Shown here: positions 38,233-49,389 of the stretch, piece after piece | Layout: each line of letters begins with the position of its first letter | Numbering within the stretch: position 1 is the stretch's first letter | DNA from: Callorhinchus milii | Taxonomy: Eukaryota | Assembly (NCBI RefSeq): GCF_018977255.1 | Contig: NW_024704743.1 | Span: forward strand, 55,678,001 to 55,742,000 | Reading direction: 5' to 3' | Length of the DNA: 64,000 bases | Notes under the pieces: model-generated | Seen by the model: only the letters and a program-made list of their open reading frames with translations | Told to the model about the DNA's origin: nothing | Database searches by the model: none | Position numbers and translations under genes: made by a program

Positions 38233-39811
38233 ATGGTCAAGCTTTTGAATAATACCCAATCATACTGAATTGAGAACAGCTACACTAAATCTGAATCTAA
38301 TGGCTATTTCCCTCTCTTAATTCAAATGTCATACAATTTGATGGATTTGTTTTTGTTACAATATTGTTTAATGGTAAACTGAAACTGGTTTGTTTGCAAT
38401 ACTGATTATGTGGGAAATACTAGCATTTCCTGTGCAGTTGTTATTCTTTTGAATGCTCTGGTTGCTGGTGATACCTGATCCATCTGTTCCTTGAATTATT
38501 TGCAGCTCATTCAAACCCTTTGAACCAGCTACAATAGTACTAACTGAATGTTGGCTCCGTATTGCACATGCTACACCTGACTGAAGATATGCATAAAAGA
38601 AACACAGCATTTTGTTTTGGGTGGAGTGAGGGGGTACTGGGGCTAGGAAGGGAAGAAAGCTACAAACAATTCTGCAATTTCCTAGCAGCTGAAACTACTA
38701 AATCAGTTAGTTGTTTCCTTCATAAACAACGATAACCCTACATTTCTCCACAGAAATTTATGCTCGTTAACGAACGAGCACTTCCTGAGAATGGCAGAAG
38801 TGCAGCTTACATTCCTTACTTATTTTCCTGATGTTCTTGTTACAAGAACAAATGTGTATCAAAGCACTAATACGATTTGGCTGATCTGCAGCTCACATCT
38901 GGTTTGCAGCAGTGACATTCACTTCTATGAGAAATTACAAAGAAACATCAAGGTGTTCATTAAAATAATCTGAAATTAAGGGAAGGCTCTTGCACCAAAT
39001 CAATTATTGTTAGTCTTGTTTTAAAAAGTGAAAAAATTCTTATTGCACATAGGTAAAACATGCTGCAATTTGAAAACATCTGCTTGCTACTTTCAAATTC
39101 AAATGGCCGATTGGTCAGGATTGTTTGAACGATGCTTATCCAAATTAAGTTCCAGCAGGTCAGTGTGAGACATGTCCAGGCTACCTACAGGATTCAGTCA
39201 TCATTTTACGAACCCCTCAAATTAGAATTTAATATCATGCTTCTGAGTGCAAATAATAGTAATAATCCTTACATTTGATACAGTGCCTTTCACATAAGCA
39301 GAATGTCTCAAAGAGCTTCACAGGTAAAGCGTAATTACTGTGCATTGGTAGATAAAATAAATACAGTTGTGTGTCTGGTATTGAACAATATGCCTGTACA
39401 TCAAGGCATTCCACAGAAATAATGTTGGGTATGTTATATAAAGTTACAGATGACAGGATGTGATTTCACAGCAGCTGCTTGATTCTTGGTGTGTTTAGCA
39501 CTATAAATTGTTTTTTTGAGGTTTGGAACATGATTAAACTCCTCAATTATGATAGCTGGAATGTAATTAAGTCCTAGCCATTCACTTGGTACAGAATGCT
39601 GTACCATGCATTGAATGTCAAGAACAGTGTTCTGGATCTATCTCGAAGCCACCAAAATGTGATGAATGACAAATTGTTGTCAAGAGACTGAGCACTGAAC
39701 TTTAGGTAGATATTTAGTTGGAATACCTAAGATTGTCACACAGATTAGTTTGGTGACTAGTGACTGCGTTGGGTGACTTTCATCAATTATGGTGGCCAAT
39801 ATACAATACAA

Positions 39812-40565
39812 AATTATATTTGTAAAGTGCCTTGGACATCCTATGGCACTGAACAGTCAGGATTTGGGGGGTGGGAGGGCGGAGGAGGGTTTGAATCAGG
39901 GAGGGGGGGAAGGGAAGAGAGGGTAGGAAGGTGGCCGAAGACACGATCGAAGAGGAGGGTCTTGAGACATGCCTTGAAGGAGGCGAGGGAGGGAGTGAGG
40001 CGAAGGGAATGTGGGATGGAGTTCCAGAGGGTAGAGGTAGAGAGGCTGAAGGCTCAACCACCGATGGTGGGCGGACCGTGCGGGGGACATGGAGCAGGCT
40101 GGAGCCTGCTGAGCAGAGGGAATGGACAGGTTGATAAGGGGTTGACAGGTCAGAGAGGTACTAGGGGCTAAGGCCATAGAGGGCCTTGAAGGTGAGGATG
40201 AGAATTTTGAACTTGATCCTTTGAGAGATGGGGAGCCAGTGGAGCCGGACGAGGGTGGGTCCAATGTGGTCATGGAGGCTGGTGTGGGAGACGACACGAG
40301 CTGCAGAGTTCTGCATGATCTGCAGCTTGTGGAGGGAAAAGTTTTGAAGGCCGACAAACAGGGTGTTGGCATAGTCGAGCCTCGTTGTAATGATGGCATG
40401 TGTGAGGGTTTCAGTGGCCTGAGAGGTGAGGCAGTGGCAGTGTTGGGCAATATTGCGGAGATGGGGGAAGGTAGAACCGGTCATGGCTCGGATGTGGGAA
40501 TGTTTTTTTAGGATAGGGCTGATGACAGCTGCTTTTAGGGGGCTGGGAACGGTGCCAGTTGAATA
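39812..40565 (-). mobile_element. L2 LINE fragment with internal deletion of the RT domain
   Basis: TGTVPSPLKAAVISPILKK joined to HIRAMTGSTFPHLRNIAQ...TRLDYAN...LHWLPISQRIKFKIL. Confidence 0.85.
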
Positions 40566-40589
40566 GGAATAGGTTTGGCCTTCAAGAGA

Positions 40590-40779
40590 AAGGAGCGATA
40601 GAACGTAGTTCTTTGGTTCAATTGAAAACAAACCCAGATTCACGAAGTATTTCATGCATCTCAAAATAAAAATATAAACTTTATTGTTTGAACTGTGGTA
40701 AATATTGGAGGTTTCTCTTGTTTTTATTGAGCATGCACGAGACAACACCTCCAGATGATCGACTGGTTGGGGACCCCTG
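40590..40779. mobile_element. hAT (Charlie-like) DNA transposon end
   Basis: Ends GATCGACTGGTTGGGGACCCCTG (TIR CAGGGGTCCCCAACC) followed by the 8-mer GCTTAGAC with central TA; the other end was not found. Confidence 0.55.
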
Positions 40780-40929
40780 GCTTAGACCTTGTGAGTTACA
40801 AGTCGCAACATGGGGCTTGAACACACAACCTTCTGACTAGCGAGCGTGCTACCAACTGAGTCAGGCTGACACACAAGATAAGAATTCTAGATTTACGCAT
40901 TTAGAAGTGAATGAGTGGAGTCCTGCACT

Positions 40930-41830
40930 CAACAACAAGATTACATTTGTATAGTGCCTTTCACGTCGGGAGGACATCGGGTGGAGTCCTGCAGCTCAGT
41001 AGTTAGAGCACTCGCTTTGCAAGCGAGAGACCTCAGTTCAATTCCAGGCAGGGCGAAACCTTGGGTAAGTTTCCTTACTCCACACACCTAATAATAATCC
41101 CTCCAAAAACCCAAAACAATAATAAATTGGTCATTTTCAATCATCGACTCTTTGTGGGACATTGCTGTGCGCAATTGGCTGCCATGTTCGCCCACAAATA
41201 TACAGTCAATTCACTTTACAGTGTGTTCTGTGAAGCGCTTTGGGACGTCCTCCCGACGTGAAAAGCGCTATATCAAATGCAAGGATTATTATTATTATTA
41301 TCTCAAGGCGCTGGACAGAGTACGGCATTTCAGACCCAAGCTGGGGTCGGGGGGAAGGAATGGGGGGGAGAAGAAAGGGGGTGGCCGATGGCATGGTCGA
41401 AGAGGAGGGTCTTGAGGCGGGACTTTAAGGAGGGGGCGAGGTGGAGTGATTGGGGGATGGAATTCTAGAGGTTGGGGGCAGAGTAGCTGAACGCTTTCCC
41501 ACCAATGGTGGGGCAGGTGGGTCATGGGCCGTGGAGCAGGCCAGAGCCGGCTGAGCAGAGGGAGCGGACAGGTTGGTAGGGGGTTCGGTGGTCGCAGAGA
41601 CCACGGAGGGCTTTGTAGGTGAGGACCAGGATCTTGAACTGGATCCTCTGAAGGATAGGGAGCCAATGAAGTTGGGTGAGAGTGGGGGAGATGGGGTCAC
41701 GGAGTTTGGTGCGGGAGAGGACATGGGCTGCAGAGTTCTGGATTATCTGCATCCTGTGGAGGGAGGAATTAGGAATGCCGTTAAGCAGGGTGTTTGTATA
41801 GTTGAGCCTGGAGGTGATGAAGGCATGAAC
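40930..41830 (-). mobile_element. L2 LINE 3' fragment whose tail is split by a SINE
   Basis: QIIQNSAAHVLSRTKLRDPISPTLTQLHWLPILQRIQFKILVLTYKAL; tail halves at 40930-40978 and from 41301. Confidence 0.9.
40981..41300 (+). mobile_element. Young tRNA-Ala-derived SINE, short form, full length
   Basis: Near-identical to 18834-19146 and 48103-48428. Confidence 0.95.
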
Positions 41831-41832
41831 AA

Positions 41833-42183
41833 GAGCTCAGTGATTATGTAGCACTTGCCTCACAAGCAAGAGACCTGGGTTCGATTCCTGGGTCGGGTGA
41901 AACATTGGGCATGTTTCCTTACTCCACAGGCCTCTGTTTACCTAGCAGTAAGTAGGAACCCGGTAATAATCCCTCCATAAAATAAAAACAAAATAATAAA
42001 AATTTGATCACTCAATCAACTACTTTTTGTGGGATACTGCTGTGAGCATTTGGCTGCCGTATTTCGCCTCCAAAATGTACAGTCAGTTCACTTTACAATT
42101 CACTGTATAATCTGTGAAGCGCTTTGAGATGTCTCAAAGATGTGACCTGGAGGTATATCAAATGCAAGGATAATTATTATTAT
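41833..42183 (+). mobile_element. tRNA-derived SINE, intermediate/long form
   Basis: B box GGTTCGATTCC; GTTTACCTAGCAGTAAGTAGGAACCCGG segment; tail GAGATGTCTCAAAGATGTG. Confidence 0.9.
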
Positions 42184-42962
42184 TTACTTTGCAAGTTGAA
42201 GCTCAGCTCAGTCAGTGTATCAATGAAATTAAACATATGTTTAGAAATAAGCTGAAATATGTTTACATGAAAATATTGTCTCAGACTTCAGAAATGTAAA
42301 ATTATAAGAACATTTGCATTTTCAAAAATTTGTCCAAAAGGTTTTGTGAGTTAACTTGAAAATCCTTGATGACCAGTTAAGCAGCCAAACTACAAAATTG
42401 ATTCATGCCACATTATGGATCTGCGTGAAGGCTGTTTTCATAAATCTGTACTGGACACTGCCCAAACTGTTTCCTGTTTTCTTTGTTGACATATTTTCCT
42501 GTTTTATTACTTCAAGTGTATGTCATTATACTCTGGATGAAGCAAAGACTTCTATAACTGTACTACCCCAAGGACCAAACAAATGTGTATTCGGAAAGTT
42601 GGATGTAGTGTGGAGATGTATTGTGGAGAGCAAAAAAATGAACAGCCCTTTTTCTGGGCACAACTGACCTCTGGTCTTCCGAGATTGTTTATCAGCAGAT
42701 TGATAACATCGATCAGTCGTCAGATTACCCCTCACCTTCCTCTGATTTATTATCCCCAGCCCTGCTGCTTTATATGCGTCCAGCTGTCCATTTATGAGCT
42801 GTTGGTTTGTGAAACTCTATCCCTCTTCTCACCTCTCTCCATCTGTCTTTAAATTCCACCTTAAAACCTACCTCTTTGACTGCACCTTCCCTCCCCCTTC
42901 CCCCTTGTTCCACGTCTGATCCCTCTGGCCATTGTGAAGTTACCCGAGACATTAACCTTGTC

Positions 42963-43135
42963 CTGAGTTTGCAATGAACTTTGTAATGTTTTGAATTCCA
43001 GGTAGGACACATGTTCATTCAGAATATTTTTCTTATATCTTTTTGATTCACAATCCATGAATATTAGGAAATGAAAACCAGATGATTGATTTTCCTAACT
43101 ACGCAGACATTTTTTAAAGAAAGGTTTTTGTTTAC
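42963..43135 (+). repeat. Direct duplication, copy 1
   Basis: Homologous to 43864-44045. Confidence 0.9.
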
Positions 43136-43139
43136 TCCA

Positions 43140-43466
43140 ATAGGACTTGGAATCACATAGTTTAAGATGACACTCCAATGCAGTGCTGGGGGTGTACTGC
43201 ATTGTCGGAGGTGCCATCAGGTGGATGTTAAATATTTGAAAAGACAAGGATGTTTCTCCCCATGTCCTGGCCAACAATCCCCCAAATAAAAATTGGTCAT
43301 TCACTCCATGGCTGTTTGTGGGACATTGCTGTGTGCAACTGGCTGCCACATTTTGCTCACAAAATGAACAGTCAATCTACTTTGCAGAGTATCCTGTGAA
43401 TCACTTTGAGACATCTCAAAGACGTAATAAGGTGCTATATCAACTGCAAAGGATTATTATTATTAT
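43140..43466 (+). mobile_element. Old DeuSINE-type SINE fragment
   Basis: ACTCCAATGCAGTGCTGGGG...GTCCTGGCCAACAATCCCCCAAATAAAAATTGGTCATTC...(ATT)n. Confidence 0.85.
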
Positions 43467-43863
43467 CCTACTTGAAGGGCATTATATAAATTTAAGTTGT
43501 TATGAGCTAAATCTAGGAGTTATTGATGTTCGATTTTCTGCCCAGTAAAAGAAGGCATGTCTATCTTATCCATAGAAAAGATGACCAAGTGCTATTAAAT
43601 ACTATTGTTTAGGACCAATCATTCATTTATACAAGTGGAAATCGATGATGCTGTGACTGAAATCAGAAGCTTACTATGCAGAGAATCACAAGCACAGACC
43701 CATAACCTATCACTCCATTGGTGCAGTAAGTTACATTACTTATGAAAGTATCCCTCCATCAAAACAATGCTTGGGATTATAGCCCTTTAAAAAACAATAG
43801 TGACACTGGCATAAACAGCACTGATATTTGGCTAGATTTCAGTGAGGCAAGCAACAAAGCGTA

Positions 43864-44045
43864 CTGAGTTTGCAATGAACTTTGTAATGTTTTGAATTCC
43901 AGACACCACACATGCTCATTAATAAAATAAAATGGCATTTATGGTGTCTTTCTGATTCACGGTGCATGATTTTTAGGAAATTAAAAGCAGATGATTGATT
44001 TTCCTATCGATGCAGGCATTTTTAAAAACAAATGTTTTTGTTTAC
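43864..44045 (+). repeat. Direct duplication, copy 2
   Basis: 39-bp and 19-bp blocks identical to copy 1. Confidence 0.9.
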
Positions 44046-44264
44046 CCTTCCCTCACCATGATACACTTTTCCATAAAATGCAAATAATGACTATCACATG
44101 GTATTTGTTATAAACACTGTAGTCTGTTACACAGCGAGACCTCATGACGAAGTTTTGGATACTGAAGAATTGAGTTTAATCCTGCATTAAATGGCTGTAA
44201 CTTTCTGATTGCACCACAGATACTCAGTAATGAGACAAAGATAAAGCACTTATTCATTAGATTA

Positions 44265-44600
44265 ATAATAATCCTTCTATTTGGTATTGATCATTCACAT
44301 CTGGAGGCTGTCTCAAAACCCTTCATAGGGATATACTGTTGAGTGTGATACTGTCTATTATGTAGGCAAATGAGGCTGCCAATATGCTCACAGGAATGTG
44401 ATCAATTTTGTCTGCCCAGGACAAAGGATGAAACTCCCTTCTCTTTTAAATAGTGCCATGAGGTCTTTAACGTCCACCTGCACAGACAAATGGGACCTCA
44501 ATTTAATATCTCATTTAAAGTAAGGCGCCTCTGCTAATGCAATTCTCCCCCAGGGCTGCATTGGATTGTCAGCCTGCAGTATGAATTCAAAATCCTGCCT
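44265..44600 (-). mobile_element. Old DeuSINE-type SINE
   Basis: TAGTGCCATGAGGTCTTTAACGTCCACCTG...TGGGACCTC. Confidence 0.75.
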
Positions 44601-44796
44601 GAACACACAATAGCTTTTTTTGAATGAGTTGTAGGTGTGTTTAATTTCTAATTTTAGGTCGTTTTTTTCATGAAAGCCACATGCATTTATGTAGTGAAAA
44701 TAAATAATTTCCACTTTATGGAAGGGGTGGGGCATGATAAACAGTTCACAATGCACAGATGTGACACTCAAGGTACTGGCATCAAATATTACAATA

Positions 44797-45380
44797 CAGT
44801 AAAACTTGCATAAATCTTATCTTAATAAATCATATAATCTTCTAAAGCGAACATACACTTGAGTCCCATTCAGTTTCCTATCAAAACCACTTAGATTTAT
44901 TTGTAATTGCATCCCTAACCAATAGATGTTGTTCCCCTACTCCATTACTCACGCACTTATGTCTGCATTAATCTCGGGAAATGTTATCCAGATTTGTCGA
45001 CGGATGTGCACGTACCAGCTGGCTGCATTGACTCTCAGGAAACACAGTCTTGATCCGTCGACAGGTGCGCAGAAGAACCTCATTTCCCGCAATTCAGTGC
45101 GATTCCAATGCTTGTCGGTAAGTGCACATGCAGCAATGGGTCAAGACGCATTGAATCGCAGGAAACATAGTCTTGACCCGCCAAGCACATGGGTACTTAT
45201 ATGCTGCAGTGACAAATTACCAGATGAGCATTGACCGGCTGCAGTGAATTCCGTGTGCATGTAGATTATTGATTAAGTCAGATTTTGTACAAATTATACA
45301 GTTTGTCTCTAACTCGTACTTCCTGTAAGTCATATTAGATGTTTTGGTCCTGACTGATACGACTTATGGGAGTTTTATTG
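44797..45380. mobile_element. Tc1/mariner (Tigger/pogo-like) MITE, ~585 bp
   Basis: Left TA|CAGTAAAACTTGCATAAATCTTATC; right end reverse-complements to CAATAAAACTCCCATAAGTCGTATC; internal direct and inverted repeats. Confidence 0.75.
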
Positions 45381-45554
45381 CATTGATATTCAAGGCAAAA
45401 CATAAATTTGACTTTCTACATGGAACAGCTGATGTGACTGACCCTGATTCTTTGATTTCCAGTAAGGGAGGGTAAGCAAAGGTTAAGCAGCTAGAAGTTA
45501 AAGAACAGGCTGTAATCATGCCATGAAGTCGCCCTCACTTACACACTCAGAGCT

Positions 45555-45745
45555 GTGGATAGTTCTGCCCCAGAAAGCTGGAGAGGCAGAATCAATATGG
45601 ATATTCAACAGAGAGATAGACAGATATTTATCAATACTGACAGATAGATAAACAAAGAGTTATGACAAAAGCACAAAATACTCGGATTAAAAAAATGTGC
45701 TAAAATCACTTGTGGGTCAGGCTCGATGGGCTGAATGGCCTCCTC
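45555..45745 (+). mobile_element. Decayed CR1 3' tail
   Basis: TTCTGCCCCAGAAAGCTGGAGAGGC...GGCTCGATGGGCTGAATGGCCTCCTC. Confidence 0.7.
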
Positions 45746-46157
45746 ATTTTTCAGTTTTCCCTGTTCCCAGACTGGAGGTAGGCAATTATCTGGAACTGTC
45801 TGTACTCTTTGCTGTGAAAATTAGGAAAGAATCTAGTCAGCATTTTGTTTCATTCCAAGGGTTGATTTTTAGGCATTTTTCCCCTTGGTCTCCCAGTGCT
45901 GCCCACTATCCAATGCTAAGAGGGTTAGACAGATGGCCAGGATAGCCAGGCCTCCACCAGTAACTCTAACATTGTTTGCTGTGGGGGGGAGGGGAGAGGA
46001 GTGTGAGCAGACTGGGATCAGACCTGAATGTGCTTCGTGCCTTTAGTACCACAGTGGCAGTCCGCGTTTCAAATAGGAGGCAGAATTTGAGCAGTAACAT
46101 GTGAATTGGCGTAAATTTACGGGGTTTCTTAATAAGGAATCTAGTTAGACTTGACAG

Positions 46158-46500
46158 TGGCAGCTCAGATGGGGTCGTGGATAGAGCTGCCGCTTATGGA
46201 CTGGGAGTTCGCCGGTTCGAATCCCAGTCTGTGCTGAGTTTGCTGGTTTCAGCGAGTGCTCATCAGGAGCCTAATTGGCCCTGGATTTCCCAGGTTTACA
46301 CCCTTAGTTAACCAAGGCCAGGGGCATCCTTAAGATTTATTGGTCCTTTCCCTCTTCAGCACCCTCTACTGGTAGTGTGTATTTGGGTGGGGTAAGGTCA
46401 GACTGGGCTGTGATGCACTCTACATTGCCAAGACTCACAAACGTGAACAATGGCTAAGCCTGTGGAACCACATCCCAGCATAAGGAAGCTGGGAGCAAAG
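46158..46500 (+). mobile_element. Third tRNA-derived SINE family, copy with head
   Basis: B box GGTTCGAATCC, then GTCTGTGCTGAGTTTGCTG...AATTGGCCCT...GGCTGTGATGC...TGGAACCACATCCCAGCA. Confidence 0.7.
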
Positions 46501-46664
46501 AAATATGACCATGGACAATAAGGAGACAATTACTTGGACACACTGAATTTTTGAAAGGAAAAAGTAATTCCTATCAACTTGCAGAATCTCTACTCCAGAA
46601 GAAAATTGGGTCAGTTCACTTACTTTTTACCTATCTGAGTGAGACAGTTATGTGGCTTGGATCT

Positions 46665-47177
46665 CCTTTTTTTTGTCAGCCGGGTGTCTGACACATGCAG
46701 AAGCCCATCACCATGCTTAAGAGTATCCAAACCAAGCTGAGATTTCCAAGCATCCCACCAACACATGGAAATCCCAGAGATAGATTGTTGGAATGGAATG
46801 CGCACTCTCACTCGAGGGACACAACCGGCTTACTGAAATCCAGAAAGTCTTAGGTGTAGGTTGGAAGGAGCCAAAGCTTAGGGACCCCAGAGTGTGTGTT
46901 GAGATACTCCTGGAGTCTAACCAGCTAAAACCGCATAGACGGCCATTCATAGCACTGTGTGGCAAGTTTTCCCATTGCTTGTCCAGCTAGGACCATCCTA
47001 CCCATTAGGACTTTGGCTTGCAGGGTTAACAGGAGCTGAGTGGGAGGTGTTCCTGCCCCTAGTGTCTGGTCTAACCTTCCAATTCCTGCCGATGAGCCAG
47101 GCTGGCTGTGTTGTCATCAGCAGTGCTCTGGAATACTGCAGACCTGTCTAGCTTAGGAACTGGTCTACTGAGACCCC
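46665..47177 (-). repeat. Unclassified repeat family U, longest copy
   Basis: Colinear with at least 8 other fragments; the minus strand ends ...GTGTCAGACACCCGGCTGAC(A)n. Confidence 0.85.
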
Positions 47178-47992
47178 TCAATTATAATTATATAATTAAT
47201 AAATATAATAAATAATACTACCAATAATAATAACCCATGCATTTGATATAGCATTTTATCACGTCGTTGAGATGATATCAGTAAAACAGCAGCAGTAATC
47301 TGGCACTGTCAGCCTGTTAAGTAAAACACATTCACACAACAGCTGGAGGTGACTTGTGAGGTGTTCATGCTGGATTGTGGATTTCCCATCCTGCTTTTGT
47401 TCTCAGTAATGTTCTCAACAGAATTGGCACTGACTAGAGTAAACCTTTTCAGACACGTAGGCCCCCTATTGCTTGGTAATTGTTAGGTTACTATGAAGGC
47501 TGTGAAGGTAGATTTAGGACATCCTCAGGCAGTGAGGTACCTTTGATCTTGCACAATTGCTCTGCCACGGAGGCCATTGTTAAAGGTGCCTTTTCGCCTT
47601 TTGCCTGGGTTCAAAATTAGACAAGAAGTGGCATGTTGCATTCAATGCCTTACTCTCCCTCCAACGCAGAGGTATTTTCAGTTTGTTAAAGTTTCTTAAG
47701 GAGTTGCAAGGAATAGTTTTCACACAGATCAAAGTGTGCCCTCAAAACTGAGCAGCAATTAATTTTTTTNGACATATATGGGAATTCTCTCCAGGACTGG
47801 TCAAGAAGTGTTATAACCAAGGCTCAGGAGGAGCTGGGACATAGATGGGTCTTTTGTAATAAATTAGAAGAAATAAGTGGCACAGAGGTTTGGAGCAGCA
47901 CGGAGAATTACAGTATATAAATTGATACAGCATGAAAACAGGCCATTCGGCCTAACTCGCATGAGCCTACACACCTCTTAATCCCTTCTCCA

Positions 47993-49232
47993 GGTTGTGA
48001 CTAGTGGAGTGCCGCAAGGATCAGTGCTTGGGCCTCAATTGTTTACAGTATACATCAATGACTTAGATGAGGAAATAGAGCTTAATGTATCTAAATTCAC
48101 AGAATTTGTGGAGTCCTGTAGCTCAGTGGTTAGAGCACTCGCTTTGCAAGTGAGAGACCTGAGTTCAATTCCAGGCAGGGCGAAACCTTGGGCAAGTTTC
48201 CTTACTCCACGCGTCTAATAATAATCCCTCCAAAACCAAAAACAATAATAAAATTGGTCATTTTCAATCTACGACTGATTGTGCGACATTGCTGTGCGCA
48301 ATTGGCTGCCGCGTTCGCCAACAAATAGACAGTCAATTCACTTTACAGTGTGTTCTGTGAAGCGCTTTGGGACGTCCTCCCGATGTGAAAAGCGCTATAT
48401 CAAATGCAAGGATTATTATTATTATTATGATACAAAGCTAGGTGGGAAAGTAACCTGTGAGGAGGACACAAGTAGGATGCAAAGGGATATAGACAGGTGA
48501 AATGAGTGGGCAAGAAGGTGGCAGATGGAGTATAATGTGGGGAAACGTGAAGTTATTCACCTAGGTAGAAAAATAGAAAAGCAGGTTATTTTCTAGAGGG
48601 GGAGAGACTAGATTGTGTAAGTATTCAGAGGGATTTAGATGTCCTTGTACACCAATCACAGAAAGTTAGTATGCAGGTACAGCAAGCGATTAGGAAGGCT
48701 AATAGCATGTTAGCGCTTATTGCAAAGGGGTTAGAGTACAAAAGCAGGGAAGTCTTGCTGCAATTGTACAGGGCCTTGGTGAGACCGCACCTGGAATATT
48801 GTGTGCAGTTTTGGTCTCCTTATCTAAGAAAGGATATACTCATCTTAGAGGGGGTGCAACATAGGTTTACTAGGTTGGTTCATGGGATGGGGGGGTTGAC
48901 CTACGAGGAGAGGTTGAGTAGAATAGGCCTATATTCTCTAGAATATAGAAGAATTAGAGGTGATCTTATAGAAACCTATAAGATTCTTAAGGGTCTTAAC
49001 AGGGTAGATAGTGCGAGACTGTTTCACCTGGTTGGAGAATCTAAAACTAGTGGTCATATTCTCAGGATTAAAGGTCAGCCCTTTAGAACTGAGTTGAGAA
49101 AACATTTCTTCACGTAGAGGGTAGTGAATTTATGGAATTCTCTACCCCAGAAGGCTAATCTTATCAAATGGCAGGGCAGGCTCGAGGGGCCGAATGGCCT
49201 ACTCCTGCTCCTATTTCTTATGTTCTTATGTT
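47993..49232 (+). mobile_element. CR1 LINE fragment (RT C-terminal part to 3' tail) interrupted by a SINE
   Basis: TSGVPQGSVLGPQLFTVYINDLDE...SKFT[SINE]DTKLGG; ALVRPHLEYCVQFWSP; tail TATTTCTTATGTTCTTATGTTCT. Confidence 0.95.
48103..48428 (+). mobile_element. Young tRNA-Ala-derived SINE, short form, nested in CR1
   Basis: GAATTTGTGGAGTCCTGTAGCTCAGTGG...GGATTATTATTATTATT. Confidence 0.95.
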
Positions 49233-49389
49233 CTCCCATACTCCTCTGTTCCCTTCTCAATCATGTGTGCATCACATAACCACAAATACATTGATGCTTT
49301 CTGCTTCAACCACAGCTTCTGGCAATTCCTTTGAATATGAAGCCGTGGACTTTATTTGCATTCTTTATGGTTTGTGCCTTTATTCTTAG

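Noticed and set aside
38368..38610. Minus-strand exon after TTTCTTTTATGCATATCTTCAG (SGVACAIRSQHSVSTIVAGSKGLNELQ...)
   Set aside because: No recognisable homology, a weak donor and no partner exons; it cannot be supported from sequence alone.
44960..45200. CRISPR-like repeat-spacer array
   Set aside because: Only two full degenerate repeats with irregular spacing, inside a MITE in vertebrate DNA, with no cas genes.
47015..47035. Telomerase-RNA template (TAACCCT on the minus strand) in family U
   Set aside because: Both copies read TTAACCCTGCA rather than CTAACCCTAA, and the sequence is a multi-copy decayed repeat.
47060..47177. Hammerhead or HDV-like ribozyme in family U (CTGATGA next to hairpins)
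   Set aside because: No correctly placed GAAA and UH cleavage triplet, and the P1/P2 pairings of an HDV fold could not be built. The CTGATGACGAAA near 55305 lacks stem II.
47770..47770. Single N base
   Set aside because: Assembly ambiguity or gap, not biology; adjacency across it should be treated with caution.
48671..49117. 148-aa ORF, and its paralog at 5239-5655, as duplicated genes
   Set aside because: Both are the C-terminus of CR1 ORF2 in 5'-truncated copies.
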